Source: Octopus sinensis (Eukaryota). Taken from it: a DNA stretch of 64,000 nt. The translations under genes and the position numbers were made by a program. Positions 49,801 through 63,230 of the stretch are shown here, piece after piece. The DNA lies in assembly GCF_006345805.1 (NCBI RefSeq), contig NC_042997.1:129580001-129644000 (forward strand), written 5' to 3'. How positions within the stretch are numbered: the first letter of the stretch is position 1; each line of letters begins with the position of its first letter. The notes beneath the pieces were generated by a model. The model was not told where the DNA came from, did no database searches, and saw nothing but the letters and a program-made list of their open reading frames with translations.

Positions 49801-52245
49801 ATCCTTTTCCTCCTTCTGCAGTTATTGGTTATGGCTTTGTTAGTCATTAATTTATCTTTACAATCACACCCTGTAAAATGGTTAGCATTAGGAAGAGCAT
49901 CTAGCTGTAGAAATCATGCCAAAGCAGGTCCTAGAACATGATGTAGTCCTCTAACTTGCTGGATCCTGTTGAGCTATCCAATTCATGCCAACATCGAAGA
50001 TGGTTGTTAAATGATGATGATGAATATCAATCTTATGCAGTGTTCATTCTTTTCCCCATTTGTGAGTAATTTTTTTAGGGTGATCATTTATCTTGAGTCA
50101 TATTCTTCTTCTTTATGCCTTTAACCCTCCAATGCGGAGTATTGGCCACTTATAGTTGAATTCCATGTCGCATAATTTTTGGCTTCTGTACTTATACTCT
50201 GCCATGAATGTGCCCCTTCCTCTAGTTCCTTTTGTGTTGATCTCTGCCATGAGTTCTTAGGCCTAAATCTCCTTCTATATCCATCCGGTTTCTACTGTAA
50301 AGCCCAACCCCTCATCCTTGTCGTGAGAGATGGAAACCGGTAAAGCTGGTGAAGTTGAATGGGCTAATCACCCGTGCAATGGATTTTCAAATTGATTACG
50401 AAAACACTGATAGTTGACAAATCTTGTCGAGTCATATTATTTGTAGCTAAAGCTTTGTAGTTATTAGTCTTTCCTGTTTCTTTAGTCTTCGAGATTAAGG
50501 TGTCAACCTAATTAATGACTTGTATGAACCAAAGATCCAACTTTTTAGATATACCATTTATCTGTTTAGCATAAGGACCTTACAGAACAGTCCTACATAT
50601 AGTAGTGAATTATATAGTGTTATATGACAGTCTGGTTATGTTGCACTCTTTCCACTGTCTCGTCTATTTCTGTATGCCTGTAGATTCTAGTGGTGGCCGT
50701 AGCGAAAGCAGCCTAGGTGGATTTGGTTAAAACATGATAGTTGCTTTTTTCTGCTCTTATCCCAGCACAGTGCTTGGTGCTAGTGTGGCTATTGATCCTG
50801 CAACTATTTTTGTGTTTATGTGCTTTCCATGATTGTCTGGGCTGAGGGGGAGGGATAGTGTTCTTAGTTTGTGTTGTAGTAGTGGTCTGTCGCATTTGTA
50901 GGTGATTTTGCATAGTGGCAGAGACTGTGAGGGTTGGAGATTCATGCAGCAACAAACCGTAGTCCTAACATGTCCAGAAGATCTTTCATATACAGTGGAA
51001 GGTTTGTAAGTAGATTATAAGCACTTTGAACTCGTGATTTTGTATTGTAGTACCAGAGGTGACCCACATGGGCTGATATCAAAAGGACTAATCTTTAACC
51101 AATACTCCCTGCTAGTATGGTTGGAGAGTTTTGTTATTAATGTTTTTAAAGTCAGATATTTATGTGCTATAATTATTTTAGTTTGACTAACACAACTAAA
51201 GTGTCTTTAAAAAATGTCAATGACAGGGTTAGAATTCACAATACTGTTGTTCTAATGATAACACACCTCAGTAACATCTTTAATTATTTCTCTAAATAAC
51301 ATGGTTTTCTGTTTTCTGTTATGATATGTATTTTGAAAGTAGGCCCTTATTCCTTTATCTTGCAATTTTGAAAAATTCTTTTCCTAAATTTTCCTTTTTC
51401 AGTTCTTTGTCACCTTAGTATAGTGTTCGTGTAGTAACAGCTCTTAGACAACTTTTGTTGTACTAGTGGTTCATAGAAATAACTATTTTAGATATACCCT
51501 ACACATTATACCTTAAATTCTACAATATTTAATATAACACCTTTGTTAGAAATAGAAGACTGACAAAAATATTTGTTCTTTATTACATAATTTTAATTTG
51601 TTATTAGCTTTCTGTATAATTTACTTTCTTTTACTTTTATTTTTGTTTCATTGGAAATGTCTTTTTCTAAAAACCCTTTTTAACTAATTACTACAAACAT
51701 CACGCAATATTTCTTTTCAGATTGAAATTACTATAATCTTAAAAGATTATAGAAGAAACAGATATGAATTACATATTGTATCAAATTGTTAATGAATTTT
51801 TTCCAGATAACTAATTTATTCTTAACCTGTTGCTAAAACGATTTTCCTCTATGAAGCACATCTTTCTTTCATGTAATGTAGCATTCCTCTGTGCATAAAT
51901 GCTGGTCATGATACATACCATGTTTGAAGCTTAATCTACATTATCCACAATTTTTCCTCTGTCTTCATCTATTGTGATTGCTTTCTCTCATAATGTGTCA
52001 TTTCTATCCTTACCAATCAAATCATCTCCTGTTTACATTTGCCAATGTTTTGGTTAGACTTTCTCATCTCTTTGCTGCTATAAAACCATACATACAATCA
52101 AATCATACATATACATACACTTGAGTGTATGTATTTGTGAACTGATTATTTTAATGGTATATATGTTTGGAATACTCAGCCACTTACATGCTACATTTTT
52201 ATTCAACTGGAAGTTCTGTAATCCATCCCTTCATCCACATATATA

Positions 52246-53520
52246 TTGGGTTATCCCAAAAATAATGCAGTTTTTTTCAATTGCATGAACTAAAAGTCAG
52301 AGTGGGGTGAGATAAACTACCTGCATCAACTTGCTATAAAAGCAGGTTGTAATTTTACCTTATGCTTAACATTAGTGCAAGTTTTGAAGAGTGCAGTTCG
52401 ATTTTAACAGTTATTTTTGCAAAGCCATAATGGAAGTGACAAAGGAACATATTTGGCATATTTTGTTTTGAGTTCAATCAGCAACAATGTAACAGAAAGT
52501 GCAAGGAATATTAATGTAGTATATGGGGATCGGTCAATAAGCATAAGCCAGTGACAATGGTGGTTCCAGAAATTCCGAGCTGGAGACTATAGCCTAAAAG
52601 ATGAGCATCATCCTGGAAGATCTGTAGAGCTTGACAAACATGTCCTGCAAACCCTGGTGGAACAAAATCCCATCATAACTGTTGAGGAACTAACAGAGAA
52701 ACTTGGATTTGGTCATTAAACCAGTTATCAACACCTGCATGCCATCAGAAAAGTCAGCAAATTGGGTCAGTGGGTTCCTCACAAACTTTCCGAGTCTAAT
52801 CGCATGTAGAGAGTGAATCTGTGCTTTTCTTTGCTGTCATGTCTCACGAATGAACCTTTTTTGGACTGAATAGTGATTGGTGATGAAAAATGAGTTCTCA
52901 ATAAAAATGTCAAGCACTAAAGACAGTGGGTAGGGAAAGGAGAAATACCAGCACCTCAGGCTAAAGGTCTTCACCCACGTAAGGTGTTGTTATCTATTTG
53001 GTGGGATACGAAAGGTTTAGTTCACTTTGAACTTTTAAACCCAAACCAAACGATAATAAAGGAGATCTACTGTGAGCAGTTTGAGCAGCTTAAGTCAGCA
53101 CTAGAAGAAAAATTACCATTATTGGTTTCAAGACAAGTATTCTTACACCAGGCTGATGCTTGGCTACATACAACAAGGGTAACATTCTAAAGGTGGGAGC
53201 AGTTTGAATGGGAAACGATGCCCCACTCACCATATCCGTTGGACATTGCCGCATCTGATTATCATTTATTCCACAATCTTCAAAATCATTTGGACAGAAA
53301 AAATATGAATTCTGAAGATGAGGTCAGAACAGTACTGGAGGAGTATTTTTCATCACGGGCAAGTGAATTTTGGAAGTGGGACCTTGCAAGGCTACCAGAT
53401 AGAAGTAAGAGCATTGTAGAAAATAAAGGAGAGTAAATTTTAGATTAAAAAAGAACTTTATCTTAATTTTGGAAAAATAAAAGAAGTATAAAAAAACGCA
53501 TTATTTATGAGATGACCCAA
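52246..53520 (+). mobile_element. Full-length (1275 bp) mariner transposon with a dead transposase
   Basis: TA TSDs and ~31-bp TIRs TTGGGTYATCYCAWAAATAATGC. ATG at 52430, WVPHKL, IVIGDEK and YPLDIAASDYHLF motifs. Multiple stops. Confidence 0.95.
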
Positions 53521-53583
53521 TAAAATAATACCAAGGTTGTTAAACGTTCCTTCTATATTATCTTTATTGTTCACTGTATTCAC

Positions 53584-53625
<42 letters not shown>

Positions 53626-53905
53626 AAGAAAGTGGCTGAGTTCCTTTGAGTGTTGGACCTCACAGAGGCAAGGTGGCCGAGTTCCTTTTGAGTGTTGGGC
53701 TTCATGGATTCTGTGATGCATGCTTGTGCCACGTAAAAAGCACTCTGTCTATTCTGCTGGGTTGTTGGCATTAGGAAATGTCATTCAACTGTAAAAACTG
53801 TGTCAAAACAGACTCAGCAGTCTAGTGCAGACTCCTGACTGGCCAGCTCCTGGTAAACCATCCAACCCATGGAAGGCGGACATTAAATGATGATGATGAT
53901 GATGA

Positions 53906-53937
<32 letters not shown>

Positions 53938-55218
53938 GATATATATACACACACACACACATACATACACACACACACATATATATATACACATACACTA
54001 ATAATTCTTCCTACTATAAGCACAAGGGCCTGAAATTTTGGGGGAGGGGGCTGCTCGATTACATGAACCCTGGTACTCGAATGAATGAAAAGCAAAGTCA
54101 GTCTTGATGAAATTTTAACTCAGAATGTTAAGGTGGGTGAAATGCCGCTAAATGCTTTTGTCTGACATGGTAATGATTCTGCCAGTTTGTCACCTTTGTA
54201 TGTACTGATGCCAAACCAAGTAAAAGCATGTTTGTCCTTGCATACAAGCTTGTCCCCTGCATCTCACTCCAGCTCAGTATTCCTAATCATGCAGGCTTGT
54301 GGGTGCTGGTGCCACATAAAAAGCAGCTGCACTGGTGCTATGTAAACTCACCCTTGCCAGTGCTACGTAAAGGCACTTAGTACACTCAGTAAAGGGCTTG
54401 GTGCTAGGAAGGGCATTCAGCCATATAAACCATGCCAAAACAGACATGGAGCCTGGGCAGCTCTTTAGCTGTCCAGCTCTTGTCAAACCGTCTGACCCAT
54501 GCCAGCATGAAAAACAAACATTAAAAGATAATGATGATGATGAATACCATATTTGTTAAGTCCTGACCCTCCTGTTTTGTCTTTAGTATTCATTGTATTT
54601 GCACTTTGTATACATACAGACACGTGTGTGTGTGTTTTGTGATCGCTTTACTGGCAACTGTGCCGGTGGCATGTGTAAAAGATTCGAGTGAGGTCGTTGC
54701 CAGTACCGCCTGACTGGCCCCGTGCTGGTGACATGTAAAAGCACCCACTACACTCTCGGAGTGGTTGGCGTTAGGAAGGGCATCCAGCTGTAGAAACTCT
54801 ACTAGGTCAAGATTGAAGCCTGGCACAGCCATCTGGTTCGCCAGCCCTCAGTCATTCGTCCAACCCATGCTAGCATGGAAAGCGGACATTAAACGATGAT
54901 GATAATGATGATGAACAAAATTGGAGTAGCAAACAAACAGCAATACCTTATGTTATTTACTTCTCATTTTGGATAATTCGTTTCTTATTGAGATCACTAA
55001 AATAAGTACAAGACAAAATACCGGACTCAAAATAATGACTGAAACGAGTGAAAAAGAATATCTATGTAAGTAAATTAGTGAATGCAATTCATTGAAGGGT
55101 TATTTTTAGGATGTGTTCTCTGAAATACACATGTTCTGTTCCATTTAAATTGTCTACAAATCTAATTATTTGAAGACCTAGTATATATGAGAAATATGTT
55201 TTGTTTCTCTCTTTTCAG

Positions 55219-55290
55219 ATCTGAAGGCTTTTGAAAGACGGTTGACTGAAGTTATTGACAAACTGCAGCCAGCAGCCAGGTTTTGGCGAA
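55219..55290 (+). CDS. CNEP1R1: CNEP1R1 coding exon 2 (DLKAFERRLTEVIDKLQPAARFWR)
   Basis: TTTTCAG acceptor and GTAAGG donor. DLKAFERRLTE is the family signature. Confidence 0.96.
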
Positions 55291-57876
55291 GTAAGGCAAT
55301 TACTTTACTTCTTTATTTATATGTATATTGTTTTTCTCTTTATGAAATTTTTGCCAATCCAAAATGACTAATAAAAGTAATAATAATAATAACAATAATA
55401 ATAAAGTTTCAAATTTTGGCACATGACCAGCAATTCTAGTGTGGAGGGGTAAGTTGATCACATTGACCCCAGTGCTCAGCTGATGCTTGTTTATTGACCC
55501 TGAGGATGAAAGGTAAAGTTGACATCGGTAGAATTTGAACTCAAAATATTTTAAGAGCCAGAAGAAATGCCACAAAGCATTTTGCTTGGTATGCTAACGA
55601 CTCTTCCAGTTTGCTGCTTTAATAATAATCCTTTCTATGATAGGCACAAAGCCTGAAACTTTGGGAGATGGGAACAGTCAATCACATTGACCCTAGTACT
55701 TAACTGGTACTTATTTTATTGACTCCTGCCGAAAAGATGAAAGGCAAAGTTGACCAGAGAACTTAAAGTCAGAAGAAATATTATAAGGCTTGGAATTTGA
55801 TGGGCAGGGTTTAGTCCATTACATTAACTCCAGTGTTTGACTGGAGTGTCTGGTAGAGCATGGCCAGAATTACCAGGAAAATATTAGATACTATGCTTGC
55901 TACTCATGTAAGATTTCAGGAGTTCCAACAAAATCTGAGTTAAAAGAATATAATAATATCACCAAGTGGCCTTCTGTAATCAGCAATCGGAATTATTAAT
56001 TTTGTGGCATTAGAGGAACCATGTCTCCTTAGTACATCTAGTAACTCAAAATATGTGCTGAATATTTGAAGGTATAAGTTGTGGTTTGATGTTCAACAGC
56101 TGAAACCAGCAGGATCACTAACATCACTCCTGTGTGAATACAAAATAATGATAGCCGTAATGATAATTGTTTGACATAAGCACAAAGCTAGAAATTTAGT
56201 TCGTAAAACCATTCCCAGAACTTGTTCATTATTTTATTGACCCTGGAGGGATGGAAAGTAAAGTTGATCTCAGTGGACTTGAAAATCAGGAGATACTGGA
56301 ACATAACTCAAAACCATAAAGTATTTTGTCCTACACGCTATCGTTTTCTGCTAATCTGTAAGCAACAATGGGTACATAAAGAAAATATATTCATGATGCA
56401 ACTCATTAAAAGTTTTGTTTTTATTCACGGGATGTCAATTTAATTACTTTATCACTTCTGTAACATTGTGTGTGGTATACCAGATATGTAATCCGGATGT
56501 ATTATAAACCATTATAAACTTGCACATTGTTTTGTTAAATGTTATTTATTTAATTAACGTTACACTGTAGATAGTAATAATGTTGAAGTCTTGTTACTAT
56601 CTATTCCACTGTGTAATGTTAATTAAAAAAATAACATTTAAAGAAAACAATGTTCATGTTTATAATGGTTTACAATATATCTGGTTTACACATCTGTTGA
56701 AGTCTGTGAAGACTCATGGCTTAGTGAGTTTGATTCTTGGACTGGGCTCTGTGTTATGTTCTTGAGCAAGACACTTTATTCTGTGTTGCTCCAGTTCACT
56801 CAGCTGTAGAAATGAGTTGTGATGTCTCTGGTTCCAAGCTGTATTGACCTTTGCCTTTCCCTTGGATAACATTGGTAGGATGGAGAGGAGAGGTTGGTAT
56901 GCATGGGCAACTGCCATTCTTCTATAAACAACCTTGCCCACACCTGTTCCTTGGAGTGGAACTTTCTAGGTGCTTCCCATGTTCATTCATGACTGAAAGG
57001 GGTCTTTACCCTTTAATGTTGAAGTCAACTCACCATCATCATTTATTGTCCATATTCTATACTGGCATGGATTGGACAGTTTGACAGGGGCTAGTAAGCC
57101 AGAGGACTACACCAAGCGCTACTGTCAGCTTTGGTGTGATTTCTATGGCTGGATGTCCTTCCTAATGCTAACCAATTTACTGAGTGTACTGAGTGCTCTT
57201 TATGTGGCATCAACACCTATAGGATGATGAACCAAAAAAATGTAATGATACCATCCTTAATCAATAAAGTAATGATCTGTGGAAGGTAGCAGGGATCTAC
57301 ATGAGTTATTAGTGAGTATAAACAGTTCAAAATTGGTTTGCTGTGGAGAAGAGGAAAAGTCTTCCATTTTGGACAGTACTCTTTCTCAAAGAATGATAAC
57401 TTTGTTGTTGTTATTGACCATCTCCCATTAGTGCTTCTTGAGCAGAATTTTGGCATACTTCATTTTGGTCTGAGACTCTGGTGTATATTAGACATGAACT
57501 GTACATTTCCTATGTCAAAAACTATTTTAGTTTCATCATAGGTCTTAGGTCTATCATGATCCCTAAGGTCTTCAGGCTTGGAGCTGAATCTGGTTTCAAT
57601 GGTGTACAAGTAAATGAGATTATAACACTCTTGCTCCTCTGAATGGCATGTCATTCTGTTACAGGGTTAACTTCCTCAACTATTACTGGGATTCATTTAC
57701 AATTAAGTGGATAGGAGCATTGTGAAATGAGGTGTTTCGCTCAAGAACACAAGAAGACCACCTGGTTTAGGAATCAAAATCATGATCTTATGATTCTGAA
57801 TGCAACCTCCTAACCATTATTGTTGTAGTGTTAACTTTGAAATAAATTTAACTTATTTTAAAAATTTCTTTTGCAG

Positions 57877-58060
57877 TCATTTTGATCATCATCTCAGTAT
57901 GTACAGCCATTGGAGCATGGGCCTGGTTATGGGATCCTGCCACTGCTCAGATATCATTCATCCAATCTCTGTGGAACCATCCTTTCTTCACTATCAGCTG
58001 TATTACACTGTTTGCACTTTTCATGTGTGGCATCCATAAGAGAGTTGTTGCACCATCCAT
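57877..58060 (+). CDS. CNEP1R1: CNEP1R1 coding exon 3 (two hydrophobic segments)
   Basis: [21 protein letters not shown]...[12 protein letters not shown]...[16 protein letters not shown] acceptor, GTATCCTT donor. Confidence 0.97.
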
Positions 58061-58599
58061 GTATCCTTAACTAACTTATATCGCGTATGTTTTGGCATTT
58101 TATGTGATTATTAATCAAGTGTGTATATTGTTAACTAGGTGTGTATAATCAAGTCAACCAATATATTTCTAAACTGTTTTCATATATTTCAATTTTTTGA
58201 GTTATTTATAAAAACAATATAAGTCAGTCAAAGAAGGAAGGACAGTGCTCATCACATTTGCTTATAAAATTGGTGAAATTGATATAGGTAATGTTCAGTC
58301 TGGAGCATCTGTAGGTAAAGATCAGAGGAAGAAGAATTGGGCAAGATGATTAGTACTGAATATGAGAGATGTGACACAGTAAGGATGATCAGTGCATGAA
58401 GTGTGTGAGAAAATAACTAGTTCAGAGGATTAGAGGTTATTGTAGTAACAGCCAGTTGTGTGACCTTTTAGATGTGGTCTAGGATGTGTGTGTGTTGTAA
58501 TGGCAGCACTGTCTTTGATACATCATCATCATCATCATTATCATTATCATCGTCATTTAATGTCCGTTTTCCATGCTGGCATGGAAAACGTATGTAGTA

Positions 58600-59700
58600 T
58601 TTTATTTGAGCTTCATAGATGGTCTCCAGCTGTTTGGGGCTGAAGTATTTTCTGGTTCTAGTCTTCAGACTGCATTGTGTGAAGATGCCCTGAGAGATCA
58701 TTGGAGATTATGCAGCATAGCATAACTTTGAGGATTTTAAGTGTGTGTTGTTTAGTCATCAGTGAAGAATATTTTTGAAATCTCTGTTGATACAGGTTAT
58801 ACAATTGTGGCATGAGTAGTCTAGATTATGGATAGATGTCACCAGTTTGCAAAAGATCTACATGGGAGTAGTTGGTGTTAAAAACAAGTAACTTGTTAAT
58901 GTACAAAAGAAAGAGTGTAGAAGATATAGCTGGGTTTTGGGGTGTACCATAGCTCGTGGTGTAGGTTGGAGAGAGCACAACCCATACAAGTTGCAGTGGA
59001 ATGATTTGATAGGAAATTTCCGGTCCGAGAAATGAGTTAGATAAAGCGTATAATTGGTTAACTTGGCTAAGAGATTCTCGCATTAGATGAAACTGAAGAT
59101 TCTGCTTTATGTCAAAAGTAATTGTTTTCACCAAGGGTACAAAACTATTAATGTGCTGTATGGTGCAGTAGAATGGATCTTTGGGAATTCTGGGTCTAGA
59201 AAACTGTAATTTTGGTTTATTTAGGTGGGAAAAAGGGACTCGAGGATATGAATGAGGTTGTTGCCTATAATTATACTCATTACATTTCAGATGGTGGAAA
59301 TAAGGGCAATAGGATGGTAGTTAGCAGGATCTGAGAGATTGGTCATGGGAACGGTATACACCGTAGTGTGGTTACTTACTTATACTTGTGATGGCATCCA
59401 CCCAGGGTGGGTTGAGCCAGTTCTGACCAATGAGTGTGTCAGTGGGAATACAAGATTACATGTGGTCTCTGGTCACATGCATACACACTTTGGGATAGTG
59501 TGACCTATAGCAGCTTATCTTTCTATCAATAGTTGACTGTCACAGGGGAATTGCTGACTGAGTTACTGCTGACTATGGGAGTAGACATAGCCTGGGTTTG
59601 AAGTGGGTTCTAGAGACATGCTTTAACAAAAACTAAGGGGTGTTTCACTCCCAATGGTTTTTCAGAATGCTGGACACCAACCTGGAATTTCTGAGGGCCT
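58600..59700 (-). mobile_element. Degenerate CR1/jockey-group LINE relic
   Basis: The reverse complement encodes SDPANYHPIALIS near 59295-59335 and a GTPQ...LFLLYIN-like motif near 58895-58950. Confidence 0.65.
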
Positions 59701-59759
59701 GTGCTGTTGTAGTGTGTTTCCATAGATTAGGACAAACACTTAATAGATAAAGAAAGATT

Positions 59760-59910
59760 TCAAATTCCGCTGAGGTCGACTTTGCCTTTCATCCTTTCGG
59801 GGTCGATAAATTAAGTACCAGTTATGCACTGGGGTCGATGTAATCAACTTAATCCGTTTGTCTGTCCTTGTTTGTCCCCTCTGTGTTTAGCCCCTTGTGG
59901 GTAGTAAAGA
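59760..59910 (+). mobile_element. Young 5'-truncated SINE with ~18-bp TSD
   Basis: GGTCGACTTTGCCTTTCATCCTTTCGGGGTCGATAAA body. Flanks AATAGATAAAGAAAGATT / AATAGATAAAGAAAAGATT. Confidence 0.85.
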
Positions 59911-60134
59911 AATAGATAAAGAAAGATTGAAAACTTTAGATGGGATAGCAACTACATTTAGAGTACACTATTTGAGTTAAATGGAAAGTAAACTGTTGCT
60001 ACTAGTTTCCATAGTAGACTAATGACTTGTAAGAGTTGTTAAAGTTGTGTACTATGCATGAGGATAATGTAAGTAAGCTTAGAATTGTCAGCAAGTCCTG
60101 CGAAAGATGTATCTTTGACTCTTTCTTAAGGTAA

Positions 60135-60640
60135 TCTATATATATAAAACTGTAGTTGTGTGAGTGTCTGTCTCCTACGATTTAGATTCCTAACTCCTCC
60201 CACATTTTGGGGTGTAGTTTAACCAAATTCGGGTATCTTATAGTCGTGATTAATATCGAGCCCGTCTGGCTATTAGCGCGCGTCTACGATTTGAAAAATA
60301 ATTTAACATCATTTTTTATTCCATTTTAATGCATAATTTTTCGTGTGTCGATGGCGGCAGAGTTGACGTCCACGCTCAAACACCTGCACCTGTGTTTGTT
60401 TCTCCCCCTTCTTCCCTCCCTCGTGAAGCTGTGGGGAAGGGAGTTTAAGGAAATCAACGTCGTAATGCATTGTCAAGGAGACCAGCGTTCTTTTAGAACA
60501 ACGACTTCATGGCTTGAAGACACCAAAACAGAAATGGCTAAGAAAGCCCGAATTGGCATCTATAAAGGAAGTAACTCTCTAAAAATGCTTATATAGTTAT
60601 TTCCCTTACAAACCCGAGCAACGCCGGGCGATACTGCTAG
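60135..60640 (+). mobile_element. Young non-autonomous Helitron
   Basis: A|TCTATATATATAAAA start, CCCGAGCAACGCCGGG hairpin, CTAG|T end, CpG-rich. Confidence 0.8.
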
Positions 60641-60983
60641 TAATACATAAATATACTGTTATCTAACATTTATGTTCAAGTGTTTAGCAAACTCTGTTTT
60701 CATACCCAAGAGTGAAATGGGATTTATTGTTTAACTTTTGAGTGAACAGATATTGTTGGAACCTTGCAGCTTCTTAATTACCAAAGATATATTTTTACAG
60801 ATTATTGAAGCCCTATGTTCTTTTTTGTTTTTTGGGGCTTTTTTTTGTTAATTCTACTACATTTTGTATACATATACTTCCCTACTATAGAAAATATTAC
60901 TTCTGATTGAGCTTTGTTTTACTGCATATTATATACTAGTATATGAGTATAAATTTTTTTTGCCATCCTTAACTCGGTCAAAG

Positions 60984-61038
60984 TGTTGCTTCTCGATGTC
61001 GGCAAGTTCTTTCAGATTATAACATGTCTTGTGATGAT
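60984..61038 (+). CDS. CNEP1R1: CNEP1R1 coding exon 4 (IVASRCRQVLSDYNMSCDD)
   Basis: Matches the family motif I..RCR.VL..YNMSCDD. GTAAGT donor. Confidence 0.96.
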
Positions 61039-62014
61039 GTAAGTACTTCATTCAAATATTTTCCTTTTTTAATATTGGCATACTTTTCTATCTGTTTATA
61101 TAACTATCTGTTAGTCTATTTACCTTTTACAAAGATTTATTTCAATTTTTTAAATAGTAAAAAGACAAAAATTAATGAAATAAATAGCCACAAATTGCCC
61201 CATACACATGTGTGTGTGTATTTACATACATACTCCTGTACTTCCTCAATAGTATCTACTCTTTTACTCTCTCCTCTACCACCCTCTTGTGACTAAATCT
61301 ATTCCTTTCAACATACTTTCCCCTCTCTTATCACTCTACCTTGAATCATTGTAACCTTTCTCTTCTATTCTCCTTCAGTTGTTGGACCTTAATTTTGGTG
61401 TTAGGAAGGACATGTAGCTGTAGAAACACAGTTTAAACAGACACAATCCACTGACCCAAATCCTGAAAAACTGTCTAACCCATGCTAGCATGGAAACAAA
61501 GACCAAATCATAACGATGATGATGTTATTATATCTTGCTATATATTTATCTCCCATTGTATTTGTCCTTGAAATTCTTTTCCTAACTGCCCCTATGACCT
61601 CCCAAAAGTCAAAGCACAGCACCTTTCTCTATACCAAACCAGTATAAAATAAAAACCCTTAATCTTATCTTAATGTCATAAATATTACAGATATTATATC
61701 TTACTCTATATAGTGCTGTGGTATGTCTCCATTTAATGTCTATTTTCCATGCTGGCATAGGTTGGGCAGTTTGACAGGAGCTGGTGAGCTAAAAGACAGC
61801 CTCAAACTCCAATGTCTGCTTTGGCATGGTTTCTACCACTAGATGCTCTTCCTAATACCAATCACTATACTAAATGTACTAGGTGCTTTTATGTGGCACC
61901 AGCATCAGTCAGGTCATACTACCCCTCAACAGAGTGGCATGTTGTATTGAGGGAGGTGGCTTTATGCCATATATGATAGAGGAACATGAACAGGTGTTTG
62001 TATTGTAAAGTTTT

Positions 62015-62322
62015 AATAATAATGATAATGAAATTATTGTGTATGGTTTTAAAGGATGCAATGTCTCTGCAACTAACAACTGATGCAGGTAGTTTGTTCC
62101 ATGCTTTAGCAACACTGAGTGTGGAAAAATGTTTCCAAAAGTCATGGGAGCTGTGCTGTTTTCTGATTGTGTAGGAATGCCCACATGTGTTAGACACATG
62201 GAGCTCAAAAAAGGTGTTGAAGGTGGTTGTTGGCACGATGGTTAATAATTTTGTGTTTACTAAATCAGTTGCCAGGCGTCGGAGCTTCAATGTATCTATG
62301 CCGAGGGAAGTATTAGAGTATC
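62015..62322 (-). mobile_element. CR1-like LINE 3' fragment
   Basis: LGIDTLKLRRLATDL...FSTLSVAKAWNKLPASVV, (TTA)n tail. Confidence 0.8.
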
Positions 62323-62451
62323 TTTGCATGCACTGAAGATAAGTTACAAAGTTGACTTATTGTGAGTTTTTTTTTCTCCTGCATAGTATTTCCTGTGGTG
62401 TGTGGATGGGTGTGCATATATGCCTGCACTATGATGAAGACCAAATATTGA

Positions 62452-63230
62452 TAATAATAATAATAATGAAATTATTGTATACAGTGCTCAGGTGCACCAC
62501 AACTTGTCAAAAGTGCGTATAAAGCATATGCAGTAATGTACAAATGTCTGGAAAGTGAACAGTGTATGAGTCAGATACATGCTTGCATGTGTATGGAGGG
62601 GAGAAAATCAGGTGTAGTGTTGGTGAATCTCAGGAAGCATGGAAGTTTTGAAGGATGCAGTGCTCCGACAACTAACAACTGATGCTGGCAGTTTGTTCTA
62701 TGCTTCAGCAACACTTAGCGTGAAAAAATATTTCCGAAAGTTACGGGAGCTGTGTAAACATGTCCAGAGGTGTTAGACAGGTGGAGTTTGAAAAGGTGCT
62801 CAGAGTTATTGTTAATAAGATGGTTAATAATTTTATGGGTGTCTGCCAAGTCAGCTGCCAGATGTCGGAGTTTCAATGTATTCATGCCCAGGGAAGTATG
62901 GTGTTCAGAATATGGCAAATGCCTGATAGAGGGTATTCTCTTGGTTGCATGTCACTGAATGGTTACCAGACGATTAATATCCTGGGCAAGATAGGGGTTC
63001 CAGACTGATGATGCAAATTCCAGGTGAGGCCGCATCATAGCTATATAAAGCTATATGAGCAGCTCACAAAGGACTTGGTAAGTGATGCCAAGACACCCTC
63101 AGCCTTCTTGGCAACTTTAGCAATGTGTTTTGTCCAGTGCAAATCGCTGTCAACAATAATGCTCAGGTCATGTTCACAAGAAGACTTTTTGAGATTAGTG
63201 TTGTGGAGGGAGTAAGTAGATGCTGGTCCA
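62452..63230 (-). mobile_element. CR1-like LINE 3' fragment (same family as 62015-62322)
   Basis: EHDLSIIVDSDLHWTKHI...KKAEGVL, PHLEFASSVWNP, (TTA)n tail. Confidence 0.85.

Larger units (their letters stand above)
58061..60983 (+). other. U12-type (minor spliceosome) GT-AG intron
   Basis: 5' site GTATCCTT. Branch site TCCTTAAC at 60966-60973, about 10 nt before the AG. No pyrimidine tract between branch site and AG. Confidence 0.92.
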
